Part shown: in pieces, positions 24,500 through 38,693 of the stretch
Position numbering within the stretch: the stretch's first letter is position 1
Layout: each line of letters opens with the position of its first letter
DNA from: Mustelus asterias
Taxonomy: Eukaryota
Direction of reading: 5' to 3'
DNA length: 64,000 bases
NCBI RefSeq assembly: GCF_964213995.1
Contig: NC_135808.1
Location: 35,650,001 to 35,714,000 of the forward strand
The notes under the pieces: model-generated
Databases searched by the model: none
The model's input: only the letters and a program-made list of their open reading frames with translations
Told to the model about the DNA's origin: nothing
Position numbers and translations under genes: made by a program

Positions 24500-24900
24500 G
24501 TTAGAAGAATGAGGGGGGATCTTATTGAAACTTACAGGATACTGCGAGGCCTGGTTAAAGTGGATGTGGAGAGGATGTTTTCACTAGTAGGAAAAAATAG
24601 AACTAGGGGGTGCAACCTCAGACTAAGAGGGACGATCCTTTAGAACAGAGATGAGGAGGAATTTCTTCAGCCAGAGAGTGGTGAATCTGTGGAATTCCTT
24701 GCCGTAGAAGGCTGTGCAGACCAGGTCATTGAGTGTCTTTAAGACAGAGATAGATAGGTTCTTGATTAATAAGGGGATCAGGGGTTATGGGGAAAAGGCA
24801 GGAGAATGGGGATGAGAAAAGTATCAGCCATGATTGAATGGCGGAGCAGACTCGATGGGCCGAGTGGTCTAATTCTCCTCCAATGTCTTATGGTCTTATA
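24500..24900 (+). mobile_element. CR1 3' end (same subfamily as 411-3500)
   Basis: RRMRGDLIETYRILRG and tail TGTCTTATGGTCTTAT. Confidence 0.9.
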
Positions 24901-25259
24901 ACTAATCTGAAAGATGGTATCTCTGATAGTGCAGCACTCCATCATTACTGCATTGGAGTATCAGCCTTAGTGCTCAAGTCTCTGAAGTGAGACTTGAACC
25001 CACAACTTTCTGACTCAGAGACGTGAGTGCTAACTAAGCCACGGCTGACAATAACATATAATGTTTCTGTTGTATTAGATTCCGTTTTTAAGTCGTTAAG
25101 TCCCAAGGCTGTGTGCAGAATGCTTTTGCCCTACAAACTGGCAGCCTGAAAGTTTGATTTGATTTAAAGTGGTAATTAGTCCCTGATGTCAGCTGGAATG
25201 GACATCTTAAGGGATTGTCTTCAATCATTACTGCTGAGTAAACAATGTTGTCCCATTAT

Positions 25260-25893
25260 TTAAGAAGGGTAGCAAGGATAACTAAGGGTAATTATAGGTC
25301 GGTGAGCTTGACGTCAGTGATAGTGAAATTGTTGGGGAAGATTTTTAGGAATAGGATCTATTCATATTTGGAACAGAATGGTCTTGTTAGCGACATATGG
25401 CATGGTTTTGTACGAGGGAGGTCATGTCTCACTAATTTAATTGAGTTTTTTGAGGAGGTGACAAAAATGATTGACAAGAGAAGGGCCATGGATGTTGTCT
25501 ACATGGACTTTAGTAAAGCATGTGACAAGGTCCCTCATGGCAGACTGGTGCAAAAGATTAAATCTCACAGGATCAGGAGTGAACTAGCGAGATGGATTCA
25601 GAACTGGCTTGGACACAGCCAGTTGGAAGGGGCTTGGAGCTCCGAAAGCTTGTGTGGCTTTTGCTACCAAATAAACCTGTTGGACTTTAACCTGGTGTTG
25701 TTAAACTTCTTACTGTGTTGGACACAGAAGACAGAGGGTAGCGATGGAAGGGTGTTTTTCTAAATGGAAGTCTATAACTAGTGGTGTTCCGTAGGGATCA
25801 GTGCTGAGACCTCTGCTGTTTGTAATATATATAAATGACTTGGAAGAAAACGTAGCTGGTCTGATTAGCAAGTTTGCGGGTGATACTAAGATT
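25260..25893 (+). mobile_element. CR1 RT fragment containing a ~100-bp Penelope terminal insert (25619-25717)
   Basis: NYRSVSLTS, HGFVRGRSCLTNL; insert flanked by 10-bp TSD TTGGACACAG. Confidence 0.88.
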
Positions 25894-26630
25894 GATGTGG
25901 AGATGCCGGCATTGGACTGGGGTGGGCACAGTAAGAAGTCTCACAACATCAGGTTATGCGGTTGTTTGAAGGCAAATAGTGGGGGTGTGGTGATGGCCTT
26001 GGCGAGATGTTCATGTTCATCGATGACATGTTGAAGGCTCTGAAGAAGATGTCATAGCTTCTCCTCTCTGGGGAAGTACTGGAGGACAAAGGGTACTCTG
26101 TTGGCCGTGTCTCATGTTTTTTGCTGTGGCGCGTCAGAACTGTCGATCGATGAGTCGAGTGCCATATCCTGTTCTTACAAGGGCGTCTTTCAGCATCTGT
26201 AGGTGACTGTTGCATTCCTCCTCATCTGAGCAGATCCTGTGTATACGGAGGGCTTGTCCGTAGGGGATGGCTTCTTTAACATGTTTAGGGTGGAAGCTGG
26301 AGAAGTGGAGCATCATGAGATTATCCGTGGGCTTGCGGTACAGTGAAGTGCTGAGGTGACCGTCCTTGATGGAGATGCGTGTGTCCAAGAATGCAACTGA
26401 TTCTGGGGAGTAGTCCATGGTGAGTCTGATGGTAGGATAGAACTTGTTGATGTCATCATATAGTTGTTTCAGTGATTCTTCGCCGTGAGTCCAAAGGAAG
26501 AAAATGTCATCGATGTATCTAGTGCATAGTGTCGGTTGAAGGTCCTGTGCGGTGAAGAGGTCTTGTTCGAAACTTTGCATGAAGATCGGTTGAAGGTTTG
26601 AAGATGCACAGGTTCGAACAAGACCTCTTT
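25894..26630 (-). mobile_element. Penelope RT fragment plus terminal sequence
   Basis: ORF 26134-26580 with RYIDDIF, FLD, YRKPT, HPKHVKEAIPYGQALRIHRICS. Confidence 0.9.
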
Positions 26631-28384
26631 TGGTGCAGTCGGTGTGAATCCCAGACTGGGATAGACTGAGTGCTGCTAGGGAGGGCAGGACCGAGAAAAG
26701 GGATGCTTCTAATGGGTTCCCTCAGGGGTACAGTTCCTGTAGAGCTGTCTCAGGGAGCTGCTGACCTGGAAAACATCAATCTCAATGGAGAAACACTGCA
26801 AAGAGTGTTGAGGCAGCACATTCAAACATAAACCTCAGTCCCCAGGCACCCTTTTCAATTTTATTTCAGCCCTGACATTTCATCCCATCCTGGATCGAGA
26901 TTGAAGCTGAAATATAAAGACTACCTAGCCAATCGGTCCACCTGCCAACTGTGGTGCGCAATGACAATGGGACACACACACAACGACATGGAGTGATAGC
27001 CTGCACTTCCAGGTTGGACACTCACCTGAGCAAAGTAAAAATCTGCCATGAAATAGTTTTGAACTTGGTCGCTGTTGTAATATAGGAAATGTGGCAGTCT
27101 ATATGTACATAGCAAGATCCCAACAGTAATGTGATAATGACCAGATGATCTATTTTTTAGTGATGTTTGTTGAGGGATCGTTATCCCTGTGGAGACTGAA
27201 AACTTTTAAAAGATATTTGAATTCCCATGGCAGAGTTTTATGTCCCTTTGCCGGCGGATTTATAGGTATGGGGGATTATCATAAAATTTCTTGGATGGTC
27301 TTCCCTTTGGATTCCTACCCACCACAATATCTCCGCAATTTTATGCTTCTCCATGCGAGATCTTGCCTGGGCCCCTGCTCCAAATGAAGCCTTTAAGTGG
27401 CTAATTATTGACCACGTTAGAGGGCCTCTCCCAATTCAGCCTCAAATTTGAGGCTGGCAAGAGAAGTTCAGAGGTTGGGGGTAGGGGGGTTGTCTACAAA
27501 TGAACAGTTTCTCCATCACCTGCCACATTTTAACTTTGGGCACCTGTGCCACCCTCACCCAACAGAAGGTCCAATCCCTGCAGTTCCACCATCCTCCACT
27601 GGCCTTTCCAACCCACACCCTCCTAGGCCTCCACACCCTGAGATCTCCAAAACTCACCAGGTCCTGGATTCCTGAGACTTGGATTCTTGGGACCAACATG
27701 ATTGAGAATGGAGGTGTTGATGGAGCTGCCTTCTCCTGTTACTGAACTGCATATCCACAATTCTCAACAATTTGTGGGATGTTGTCCACTGATCCCAGCA
27801 TCTCCATCGACTGGTTTGATGATATTCGTGGAATGAGGGCTGTGCCGGGCTGTGAGATTGTGGTGAATACAATCCTGCTGCTGCTTTTGGCTCACTGGAT
27901 CTCATGGATACCCAGTTTTGGGATCTGTCCTTAGTCTACTTCCCCAGTGATGATTAACATGGTGAAGTACTCACTCATCAGCTGGGAGGGGAGTGGTAGT
28001 TTTCCTTGAACTTGACCTGAAGCCAGGAGACTCCATGGAGTCAACTTTGAGGACTTCACATGCGAATGGGATGCGACATTCCCAGGGATGGCGAGGGAGG
28101 AGTCTGGAATGTTTCCAGATTGATACGATTCAGTGAGTATCACTGCTACTTGACCAGTCTGTGGGGCAGTTCTCCTCACTCAGGGACTTGTCCTCAGACC
28201 TTGGCAAGAGACACTTTACAGATTTCACTGGGCTGAGATTGTCCAGATCTCTCTGATTTTCCTCTTATTATTGGACTTTGTCATGATTGTTTATCATTGT
28301 TTGCTGGGCCACTTCAAAGGGCAGTTCAGAATCAACCATGTGTGGGACTGGAGTTACATGTAGCTCAGACCTGGCAGTTGTCGT

Positions 28385-28738
28385 GGGCGGCACGGTAGCA
28401 CAGTGGTTAGCACTGCTGCTTCACAGCTCCAGGGTCCCGGGTTCGATTCCCGGCTCGGGTCACTGTCTGTGTGGAGTTTGCACATTCTCCTCGTGTCTGC
28501 ATGGGTTTCCTCCGGGTGCTCCGGTTTCCTCCCACAGTCCAAAGATGTGCGGGTTAGGCTGATTGGCCAGGTTAAAAATTGCCCCTTAGAGTCCTGAGAT
28601 GCGTAGGTTAGCGGGATTAGCGGGTAAATATGTGGGGGTAGGGGTAGGGCCTGGGTGCGATTGTGGTCGGTGCAGACTCGATGGGCCGAATGGCCTCCTT
28701 CTGCACTGTAGGGTTTCTATGGTTTCTATGGTTCTATG
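28385..28738 (+). mobile_element. HE1-like V-SINE
   Basis: Complete head, core and TTCTATGG tail. Confidence 0.92.
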
Positions 28739-29302
28739 GTTGTAGCAGGTTCCCTTCCCTGAAAGACAAAGGGCAAGATTCTAGGGGCTCCCAGTTGCGT
28801 GTTTCCCGCCAGAAAGCGGTGGTGCGTTGTTTGCTGGCAGCGGGATTCTCTGGTTCCGCCGCTGTAAACAGGAATTCCCATTGACATCACCCCACGCCGA
28901 TGGAAAACCTGCGGGTGGAGGTCCACTGCCAGTGGACCGGAGAATCCCACTGGCGTGAAGGGCAAGAGAATTCTGGCCAATATTTCGATTTTAGGACAAC
29001 TTGAAAGTTTTCATGTTCTTATTTTGATTCTATTTCATACATTACAAAATTTATTAAATTCAGTTTCACAACATGGCATAGAGATAAATAACATAGATGC
29101 CTTTAAGAGTAAACTAGATAAGCATTTGAGGGAGAAAAGAACAGAAGGATATTCTGATAGGGTGAGATGAAGAGGGTGAGAGGAGGCTCATGTGTAGCAT
29201 TAACACCAGAATGGACCAATTGGGCCGAATACCCTGTTTCTGCACTGTAATTCTATGTATGTAACTTTCTGTGGTTGGATTTGAACTCTCAATCTTTCCA
29301 CT

Positions 29303-29339
29303 CCATCTGACGAAGGAGCAGTGCTCCGAAAGCTTATGG
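29303..29339 (+). ncRNA. Minimal hammerhead ribozyme motif in a short Penelope terminal fragment (~29295-29395)
   Basis: CCAT-CTGACGA-A-GGAGC agt GCTCC-GAAA-GC-TT-ATGG. Confidence 0.75.
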
Positions 29340-30558
29340 TATTTGCTACCAAATAAACCTGTTGGACTTTAACCTGGTGTTGTGAGACTTCTTACGTTGT
29401 TAACCCAACACCATAGGAATTCAGCTGCAATACCTGGCAGAACATCTATTGAAATGTCTTTTAATGTCTTCTTTCAAGATTTGAACTTAAGATCTCGGAC
29501 TTTCCCAAAAGCCTGGGCTTGGATTTGATCGTTTTGCCCAGTGTTGTGTCTGATAGCTGAATTTGGGCTGTGCAGTCTAAGTGAGTGCAGTGTATCTAAT
29601 TTCCCAGGATAAACAGAACCCTTCAATCAGCTACACTGGAGCAGTATTTTCCTTAGTTTTTAGCATGTCCTGCCCACCGTGTTTTTTCAAATAATTTTGG
29701 AGAAAATTGAATGAACATTTTTCCTGAGTTTTTTTGATAGTAAACACTTACTCGAAGAGTAAAACTGGTCTTTGCCATCACAATTCGAACTCATAGTGAA
29801 TTGACTGCCCAATGTTTTGCACTTCGCCCAACTGTCTTTTCCATTGCCCTCACATTGCCTGGGAACTGGGGATCTGGCTGAAGGAAAGAAAGGAGCCCCA
29901 TTGTCTGCTCCTGGTCACTATCCAACGACCCTGCTGGAAACAGAGGGTGTGTGACAATCAAGTGAGGAAAAAGAAAGGACTTGCATCTGATTAGCCACAC
30001 AGTGGAATGGCAGACTGGCACTCAATGTGGAACAGTCTCTAACTGAGGAGTCAGCCCCTTCAGCAAAGGAGGAGAACTTGTTGGGGGAAGTAACATTTCC
30101 TTTTCATTGCAACGTACTAAACCAGAGAATACAGAGAGGATAAACACCACTGGTAGATCCTGGTCATCACCCAAGGAACAACTTCACAACTGTGGGGAGA
30201 CACCCAGTCCCTTCACAGCATTGCTCAACACAGAGAAGGTTGGGCGGTGAAACTATCATCTAGAAATCGGTCGGGTCAGGGGAGCTTTTCATATCATCAG
30301 ATCTGAAACTGGTCAGTGGTGGGAACCTTCATTCAGAAGCAACCTTTCTGAAGGATTGGCTGTGAGTGATCGGTCGGGGTGAGGCTGGGAAGAAGTGTGA
30401 GTGGTGAGAGCTTCAATCATTCATCAATTCTCATGAACCAGTGACTCATTCCTATCGGTGAGAAGTTGATCAAGTGTGCGGTAGGTTCTTCTGCATTATA
30501 GGGTCTCCTAACACAGAAACTGCATCTGTTACAACCACTATTAACACAACGGCAGCTA

Positions 30559-31800
30559 CATAGAACACCATTCAAGTGTGAGGTTTGTGATAAAGATTTT
30601 ATGACAGATTCACATGTGGGAGAAATGCTTCAGGTGTGATGTTTGTGAGAAACCTTTCACTCAACCCTCCCATCCTCTATTGCACCAGAGGAGCCACACA
30701 GGTGAGGAACCCTTCAAATACAAAATGTGTGACAAATCATTCTCAGATTCATCGACTCTCTGTAAACACCAACGCATTCACACGGGAGAAATCTTTCACA
30801 TGTGGGATATGTGACAAATGTTTCTCATGGTTATCGATCCTCCACAGACATCAGCGCATTCACACAGGAGAGAAGCCTTTTCCTTGCGAGGAACATGACA
30901 AAACATATTCGGCCTCATCGGCCCCCCCGCATGCACCAGCGCACAGGAGAGAAACCCTTCGTGTGTAAGGCGTGTGACAAAGCATTCTCAAAGTCATCAA
31001 ACCTTGGCACACATCAACGTATTCACATGGGGAAAACCACGTTTTGTGACAAATCATTCTCTGAATCATCTGCCCTTTGTGCCCACCAACACGTTCACAC
31101 AGGGGAGAAGCCATTCACATGCGAGATTAGTGGCAAATCATTCTCGCAATCATTGCACCTCCGCAACACCAACGCACTCACACAGGAAAGAAACCATTCA
31201 CCTGTGAGGTGTGTGACCATCATACTCAAAGTCATCCACCCTCTTTATACACCCAACACATTCACACCGGGGAGAAACACTTCACATGTGAGGCATGTGA
31301 CAAATCATTCTTAGACTCATCAAAATTACTGCTCCATCAACAGATCCATACTGGGGAGAAACCATTCATGTATGGAGCGTGCAACGAATCATTTTCATGG
31401 TCATCCGACCTGCGCAGGCATCAACACATTCACACTGGGGAGAAACCATTCATGTGCAAAGGCTGCGATGAATCATTCTCAAGTTCATGGAACCTCCTGC
31501 TTCATCAGACAATCCACAGAGGGGAGTAATTCTTCAAGTGAGTTTTCTGATGAAGCACCAGTGGATTTATACAGAGGAGAAACTCTTCATTTGTGATGTT
31601 TGTGAGAAGGTTTTCATGCACACCTCTGCTTTCCTGAGGCACTGGTGGATTACTGCTAATGAGAAACCATTGAGCTGTGAGGTAGGTGTGTGATAAGGTT
31701 TTCACATAGTCGGTGTATCTCCTGGTCCAACAACACACTCACAAGGGGAGAAACCTGATCAGTATGAGTTCCAGAATACGGCTTTTACACACGGAAGAAT
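30559..31800 (+). pseudogene. C2H2 ZNF pseudogene C
   Basis: About a dozen degenerate fingers in shifting frames; start ATG mutated to ATA; upstream splice acceptor deleted. Confidence 0.88.
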
Positions 31801-31841
31801 TCAGTTACTGCAACACTTGTGAACCAACAAGGAAACTGCCT

Positions 31842-32702
31842 TGTAGGAGCTTTTTCAGAGACCTAAGTATTATGCTGGCTTTTATTCAGGAGGTTTCTCT
31901 TTATTGATTACTGCTCAGCAAATATAAAGAACTCACGGAGACAGTAAATTCTGGTTGAAGACGTACTTTATTTTGCCCAGGCCTGGTCCACAAGTGGGAG
32001 AAATGAATTGTCATAGCACAAGTTATTCTAAATTGCGTTATCAGCAGTACATTATAATTTTCCCAAAATCATCTGTCCGCCTCTTTTACTCATCCTAGCC
32101 GGATGAGCCAATAACTTTAGTATAAGATGTTATTGGCCAAGGTTGGCCAATAACATCCTATTCTCTGGCAGCATGAGAATTCATTGGTCTGTAGAATCCG
32201 AAATCTCCCGCCCACTGTCTCTGAGCAACCCCAATTACGTTGGTCGTAGAGTTCAAAGATTCCTTTCCCACTTTCCCTTTGCAACTTCAATGACCTAAGT
32301 CATAGAGTTCAAGAGTTCTTTTCCCACTGTCTATAAGCAATCCCTTATCGGAAGAAACTGAGTTATTCTACTGTCTCGGAAACTTGTACTTTCTATAAGC
32401 CGTACTGATAAAAACTGTGCTCTGTGGTTGTATTGTTCTTAGAGAATGTGGTTAGTCTTACTCAACTTTTATCCCATTATGCCTTGGGTAGTCTGTGGTT
32501 AGCCAAAGTGTACATTTTAATACAGAATATATAAAAACACATTTTAAAATTCTCTAACAATGGTTATATGTGTTTCTGTGCAAAACAGTACCTTTTTAAC
32601 TCCTGGCACTTTGTGTTTTTTCCATACTATATTCATTTCTAAATGAGTCTACCCTGATTTATTAGTCTTTTCAGTACCAAATTATCCTAAATCCCTCTAA
32701 CA
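31842..32702. mobile_element. Probable solo LTR
   Basis: TG...CA ends; 5-bp flanks TGCCT/TACCT; paralogous cassettes A and B lack the insert; internal short direct repeats. Confidence 0.65.
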
Positions 32703-32749
32703 TACCTAAACAAATTCTTGCCCAATCTGTCAAAGTGTGAATCTCGGCA

Positions 32750-33250
32750 CATGCTCACTGCAAAGGATGTTACCGGGGCACAGAACAAGAAGCAGCTTTC
32801 ACTCACATCAAACAACTAATGATGACAACACCAGTGCTGAGGTACTAAAGGTAAAGTCACCATCGTACCAGATGGGGAGAGCTGACTGTGGTAATTTAAC
32901 CTTAGGATCACAACACCTCACATGAGGGGCAATGGCAAGAAGGTGGGGCTTTCATAAATAACCTCCGCTGGTGCGAGAATTGAACCCATACTGTTGCTGT
33001 CACTCTGTATCACAAGTCAGCCATCCAGCCAACTGAGCTAACCAACACCACTATGGTGTCAATGATAAAGTCACCCTGCAATGAGTCACCATTGAAACTG
33101 AGCTTGGAGCAACCCTCATGCAGCAAGGACAGCCAGTTGTGTTTGTATCCAGCACATTAACACAAACTGAACGACAATATGCACAGATTTGGGAGAAAAA
33201 GTGATGGTAGAGTCTGACCACAAACCACTTCAAAGCATCTTTCTCAAAGG
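32750..33250 (+). mobile_element. Gypsy RNase H remnant, interrupted by a SINE
   Basis: ELGATLMQQGQPVVFVS..LTQTERQYAQI..ESDHKPLQSIF. Confidence 0.75.
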
Positions 33251-34104
33251 ATAGAAACAGCAGAATTTTAGCTGACGTGAGGTTTCTGGAGGGTGGGAGA
33301 TGGGAAGCTGGACAGGACAACATTGGAATGATCCAGTCTAGTCTAGAAGCAATAACAGCATGGATGAGGATTTCAATAGCAGATGGACTAGTGTGGATGT
33401 GGGTGGGGGTGTTGGAAATGAGCGATGTTACAGAGGTGAAAGTAGGTGATGTTTGTGATGAAGAGGGTATGGGGTCAGAAGCTTAGCTGGAGGTTGAAGA
33501 GGATTGCACTGACCAATTGTTGAAGGTGAGAGGGCAAGCAAGAGAAACTTAATGAAGGTAGAAACTGGAGTCATCCCTTGATCCTCGGCACCATAGAATC
33601 CTACAGTGCAGAAGGAAGCCATTCAGCCCATCGAGTCTAAACTGACCCCATGCGTAGGGTTGTGGCCCTATCCCCACAACCCTACGCTTTTACCCAAGCT
33701 AGTCCCCCTTACTCTAAGGAGCAATTAAGCCTGGCCAATCCACCTAACCCGCACATCTTTGGGAGTTAATCCAAAATGACTACACCTGTATTTTGCGGCA
33801 ACCTCTTCTGGCTAAGGTGATCTAATTCCAATAGCTTAACTCATCTTTGCTAAAGTGCACTTCTAAATCTTGATCTGGAAATAGGTCATACAGCGAGCAA
33901 GTGTTTTTCAAGCTGAATGCCACATTATTTAGAACGCAGAAAAAAAACACACAACAAAAAAAACAAAGCTAGCTAAACAAGCTAATTGAAACAGTACTGA
34001 ATGCTTTTCCATTCAATTAGATCATGGCTGATCCATATCTTAACTCTATCTACCTGCCTTGGCTATGTAACCCTGAATCCCCTTGTCTACCAATAAACGT
34101 TTCA

Positions 34105-34750
34105 ACAAAGAACAAAGAAAATTACAGCACAGGAACAGGCCCTTCGGCCCTCCAAGCCTGCACCGACCCTGCTGCCCGACTGAACTAAAACCCCCTCCCC
34201 TTCCGGGGACCGTATCCCTCTATTCCCATCCTATTCATGTATTTGTCAAGGTGCCCCTTAAAAGTCACTACCGTATCCGCTTCCACTACCTCCCCCGGCA
34301 ACGAGTTCCAGGCACCCACTATTCTCTGTGTAAAAAATCTGCCTCGGTTTCAGTTTTGAAATTTTAAATTGACCCCCAGCCTCAGCAGATTTTTGTGGGG
34401 AGAGTTCCAGATTTCCAGTCCCCTTTTTGTGAAGAAGTGTTTGCTGACATCACCCCTGAATAGTCTAGCTCTAATTTTAATGCTCTGTCCCATTGTTCTG
34501 GACTCTCCCACCAGTTTCTCTCCAACTAATCTTATCAGCTCTTATCTATCTTGAATGTCTCAATTAGCTTACCCCTTAATTTTCTACATTCAAGGGAACG
34601 CAAGCTCCATCTATACAACCTGTCCTCATAATTTAACCCTTTTAGCCTCAGCAACATTCTGGTGAATCTACGCTGCACTCCCTCCAAGGCCAATATATCC
34701 TTCCTGAGGTGCTGAGCCCAGAACTGAACATAATTCTCCAGAAAGGGTCT
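34105..34750 (-). mobile_element. Two CR1 3' fragments
   Basis: AAAGAAC tail at 34105; ENYVQFWAQHLRKDILALEGVQRRFTRM in ORF 34535-34873. Confidence 0.8.
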
Positions 34751-36592
34751 ATATAGAGTATAACTTCCACAAGGACATAATTGTTTTTTTGGGGGGGAGA
34801 AGTTGTGGGTTATCTTTTCTCTTCTGGATTTTCCTGGAGTAATGAGCAGTTTGACAGAGGAAAGCAGGACCACTAGTGCTTGATGTGGTCCAGTCAGATC
34901 TAGCGATGGATGGATAAACCAGCTGTGTACCAGATATACTTAAATCTTCACCCCGAAGGAGATTTACCGGAATGGAAGAGAATAAAGGGAAATTTGGGGA
35001 CAAGAATGTAGAAGGTGAATATGAGAGAATGGTTAAACCAGATTGATGGCTACAGAAGCATTGTGCTGAATGGAGGGTCAAAGGGCAGAGAGTTGGGAAT
35101 TAGAAAGTGCTGTCCAACTCACCTGTGGGAAGAGTGTCTTCCAGGAGTGGAAACTGATTGGTCCATGGACTCATGTGACCACTGGCTCTCTGTAACCATT
35201 GGTGGGTTTGTATGATGGAACCAAGCTCCATCCTCTGTCACTAAAGTTCAGTGCCATTTCTGACCATTGGAATTGGGAGCCTGACTAAAGCACAGAGAAT
35301 TTAAAGAAATTTCCGTCTGTCATATTCGAGAAAGTTTCCCCTGATTTGTGTGTGTTAGTAAAGTGAGCCAGCTCTCAGGAGTGGGTATGGGATAGAATCA
35401 GACCCTGCTTTAGTTGGTGATTATAGAATTATAGACAGATCGTCTTCAGGTGACGGGTGTTTGACTGATACTATGGGTAATGTTTGTACTCTCCTGTCTG
35501 GGAGGACTACTATCCTGAGTATGGTGAGGGAGTGGGGGTGAGTCTCTACAGACATGAGTTCCCTCAGCCCATCATACCTCAATATAATAACTGTGATATG
35601 TTCACCTTACACTCTTCTAAGATTCATTTCATGTTCTGGGAAAGATCTTGAATCATTTTCACATGGTTTGTTATTTTGGTTGATTCAAATTTTGGAGTAA
35701 GCTCAATATTGTGTTGTTGTTTTCATCAATCTTCTGTATAGATTTATAACTCACAACAAACTCACATTGTAGGTTGAATCCAGCTACCTAAGTCAGCTTG
35801 GTGTCTCCCTAATCACTGAAACAATCAGCAGTGATTATTATTAATATTCTATTTGACCCGGAGATGGGTTTCCAATTGCAAATCCGTACCATCACAAACA
35901 CTGCCATCACCGTTACATTCCAGACTCTTCCTCTGTCTCTGTTAATTTGCTGCTGAAATCCTCATCAAAACCTTTATTACTTCTGGTATTGGCAATTCAA
36001 ACCACTCCTCACTGGATCCCCACATTCTATCCTCCATAAACATGGGGCCATCTCTCTTACCCCTCTGCTCGCTGTCCACATTACCTCCCAGTCAACCAAA
36101 AACTCCATGTTAAAACTTTCATCTGTGTTTTCAAATCCCTCAATGGCCTTGTCGCTCTCTATCTCTAGAATCTCCTCTAGCCCCACAGCACTCTGAGATA
36201 TCTACGCTCCTCTTCAGCATCCCCAATTTTAATATCTCCACCAATGGTGACTGTGCCTCAGCTGCAGAAGTGATATGTTCTGACATTCTCACTGCAAACC
36301 TGTCCCTCTCTCCCTCATCCTTCAGCTACAGAGGTTATAAGATCAGGAATTCTCTCCATTAACCTCCTGCCTCCCTCTCACCCTTCAGCTGCAGAGGTAA
36401 TAAGTTCAGGAAGTCTCTGTAATCCTCTCTGTGTCATCCTCCTCCTTTCAGACAATCCTTAAAACCCACATCTTTGAACAACTTTTATTATCTGGCCAAG
36501 TACCATCCAAGATTATGGAGTAAATATCCCCGATAAACTTTGGAACATTGGAAGAGGAGGAAGCCATTCAGCCCCTCAAACCTGTTCAATTA

Positions 36593-38282
36593 AAGAACAA
36601 AGAACAAAGAACAGTACAGCACAGGAAACAGGCCCTTCGGCCCTCCAAGCCTGTGCCGCTCCTTGGTCCAACTAGACCAATCGTTTGTATCCCTCCATTC
36701 CCAGGCTGCTCATGTGACTATCCAGGTAAGTCTTAAACGATGTCAGCGTGCCTGCCTCCACCACCCTACTTGGCAGCGCATTCCAGGCCCCCACCACCCT
36801 CTGTGTAAAAAACGTCCCTCTGATGTCTGAGTTATACTTCGCCCCTCTCAGCTTGAGCTCGTGACCCCTCATGATCGTCACCTCCGACCTGGGAAAAAGC
36901 TTCCCACTGTTCACCCTATCTATCCCCTTCATAATCTTGTACACCTCTATCAGATCTCCCCTCATTCTCCGTCTTTCCAAGGAGAACAACCCCAGTCTAC
37001 CCAATCTCTCCTCATAGCTAAGACCCTCCATACCAGGCAACATCCTGGTAAACCTTCTCTGCACTCTCTCCAATGCCTCCATGTCCTTCTGGTAGTGCGG
37101 CGACCAGAACTGGACGCAGTACTCCAAATGCGGCCTAACCAGCGTTCTATACAGCTGCATCATCAGACTCCAGCTTTTATACTCTATACCCCGTCCTATA
37201 AAGGCAAGCATACCATATGCCTTCTTCACCACCTTCTCCACCTGTGTTGCCACCTTCAAGGATTTGTGGACTTGCACACCTAGGTCCCTCTGTGTTTCTA
37301 TACTCCTGATGACTCTGCCATTTATTGCATAACTCCTCCCTACATTATTTCTTCCAAAATGCATCACTTCGCATTTATCCGGATTAAATTCCATCTGCCA
37401 CCTCTCCGCCCAATTTTCCAGCCTATCTATATCCTGCTGTATTGCCCGACAATGCTCTTCGCTATCCGCAATTCCAGCCATCTTTGTGTCATCCGCAAAC
37501 TTGCTGATTACACCAGTTACACCTTCTTCCAAATCATTTATATATATCACAAATAGCAGAGGTCCCAGTACAGAGCCCTGCGGAACACCACTGGTCACAG
37601 ACCTCCAGCCGGAAAAAGACCCTTCGACCACTACCCTCTGTCTCCTATGGCCAAGCCAGTTCTCCACCCATCGAGCCACTTCTCCTTGTATCCCATGAGC
37701 CTTAACCTTCTTAACCAACCTGCCATGTGGGACTTTGTCAAATGCCTTACTGAAATCCATATAGACGACATCCACGGCCCTTCCTTCATCAACCGTTTTT
37801 GTCACTTCCTCAAAAAACTCCACCAAATTTGTAAGGCACGACCTCCCTCTTACAAAACCATGCTGTCTGTCACTAATGAGATTGTTCCGTTCTAAATGCA
37901 CATACATCCTGTCTCTAAGAATCCTCTCCAACAACTTCCCTACCACGGACGTCAAGCTCACCGGCCTATAATTTCCTGGGTTATCCCTGCTACCCTTCTT
38001 AAACAACGGGACCACATTCGCTATCCTCCAATCCTCAGGGACCTCACCCGTGTCCAAAGAAGCGACAAAGATTTCCGTCAGAGGCCCAGCAATTTCCTCT
38101 CTCGTCTCCCTGAGCAGTCGAGGATAGATGCCATCAGGCCCTGGGGCTTTGTCAGTTTTAATGTTCCCTAAAAAACCTAACACTTCCTCTCTCGTAATGG
38201 AGATTTTCTCTAACGGGTCAACACCTCCCTCCGAGACACTCCCGGTTAACACGCCCCTCTCCTTCGTGAATACCGATGCAAA
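36593..38282 (-). mobile_element. Young 5'-truncated CR1 LINE with an uninterrupted RT domain (526-aa ORF)
   Basis: ORF 36672-38252 with [39 protein letters not shown]; AAAGAAC-repeat tail. Confidence 0.96.
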
Positions 38283-38693
38283 TTAGATTATGTCTGATTT
38301 GTGTATTAACCTGATCCACCCCACTTGGTTTCCATTTTCCTCAATCCCCTTCCTCACATAAATCTCAATCTAATTTTACATATTATCAGTTGACGTTTCA
38401 AAGTAGTGACTGTGTTGGGGTGTTGGATAAACTGAAGACGGGAGATAAAGGGACTGTATTTGCCTGGAAAGTGGAGGTGATATTGTTCCCTGAGTGTTGG
38501 GATGGTGCATAGCTTGAGAGAAACATTGCATTGTTTTGTGTCAGTGGAAAGCCAGTGACAGAGTAAGAACGGGACTGAACAGGAACTGCCCAGATTGGCT
38601 GAGAAGTTATACAGAAAGTTCCCTGATTGTCACAGAATGTGACAATGTCTAGAGAAGGAGATTTGATCATTGTCACTGGACCAAACTTTACTC

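Noticed and set aside
26556-26629. 17-bp inverted repeat at the Penelope RT truncation point
   Set aside because: Best explained as an ordinary template-switch scar at the 5' junction
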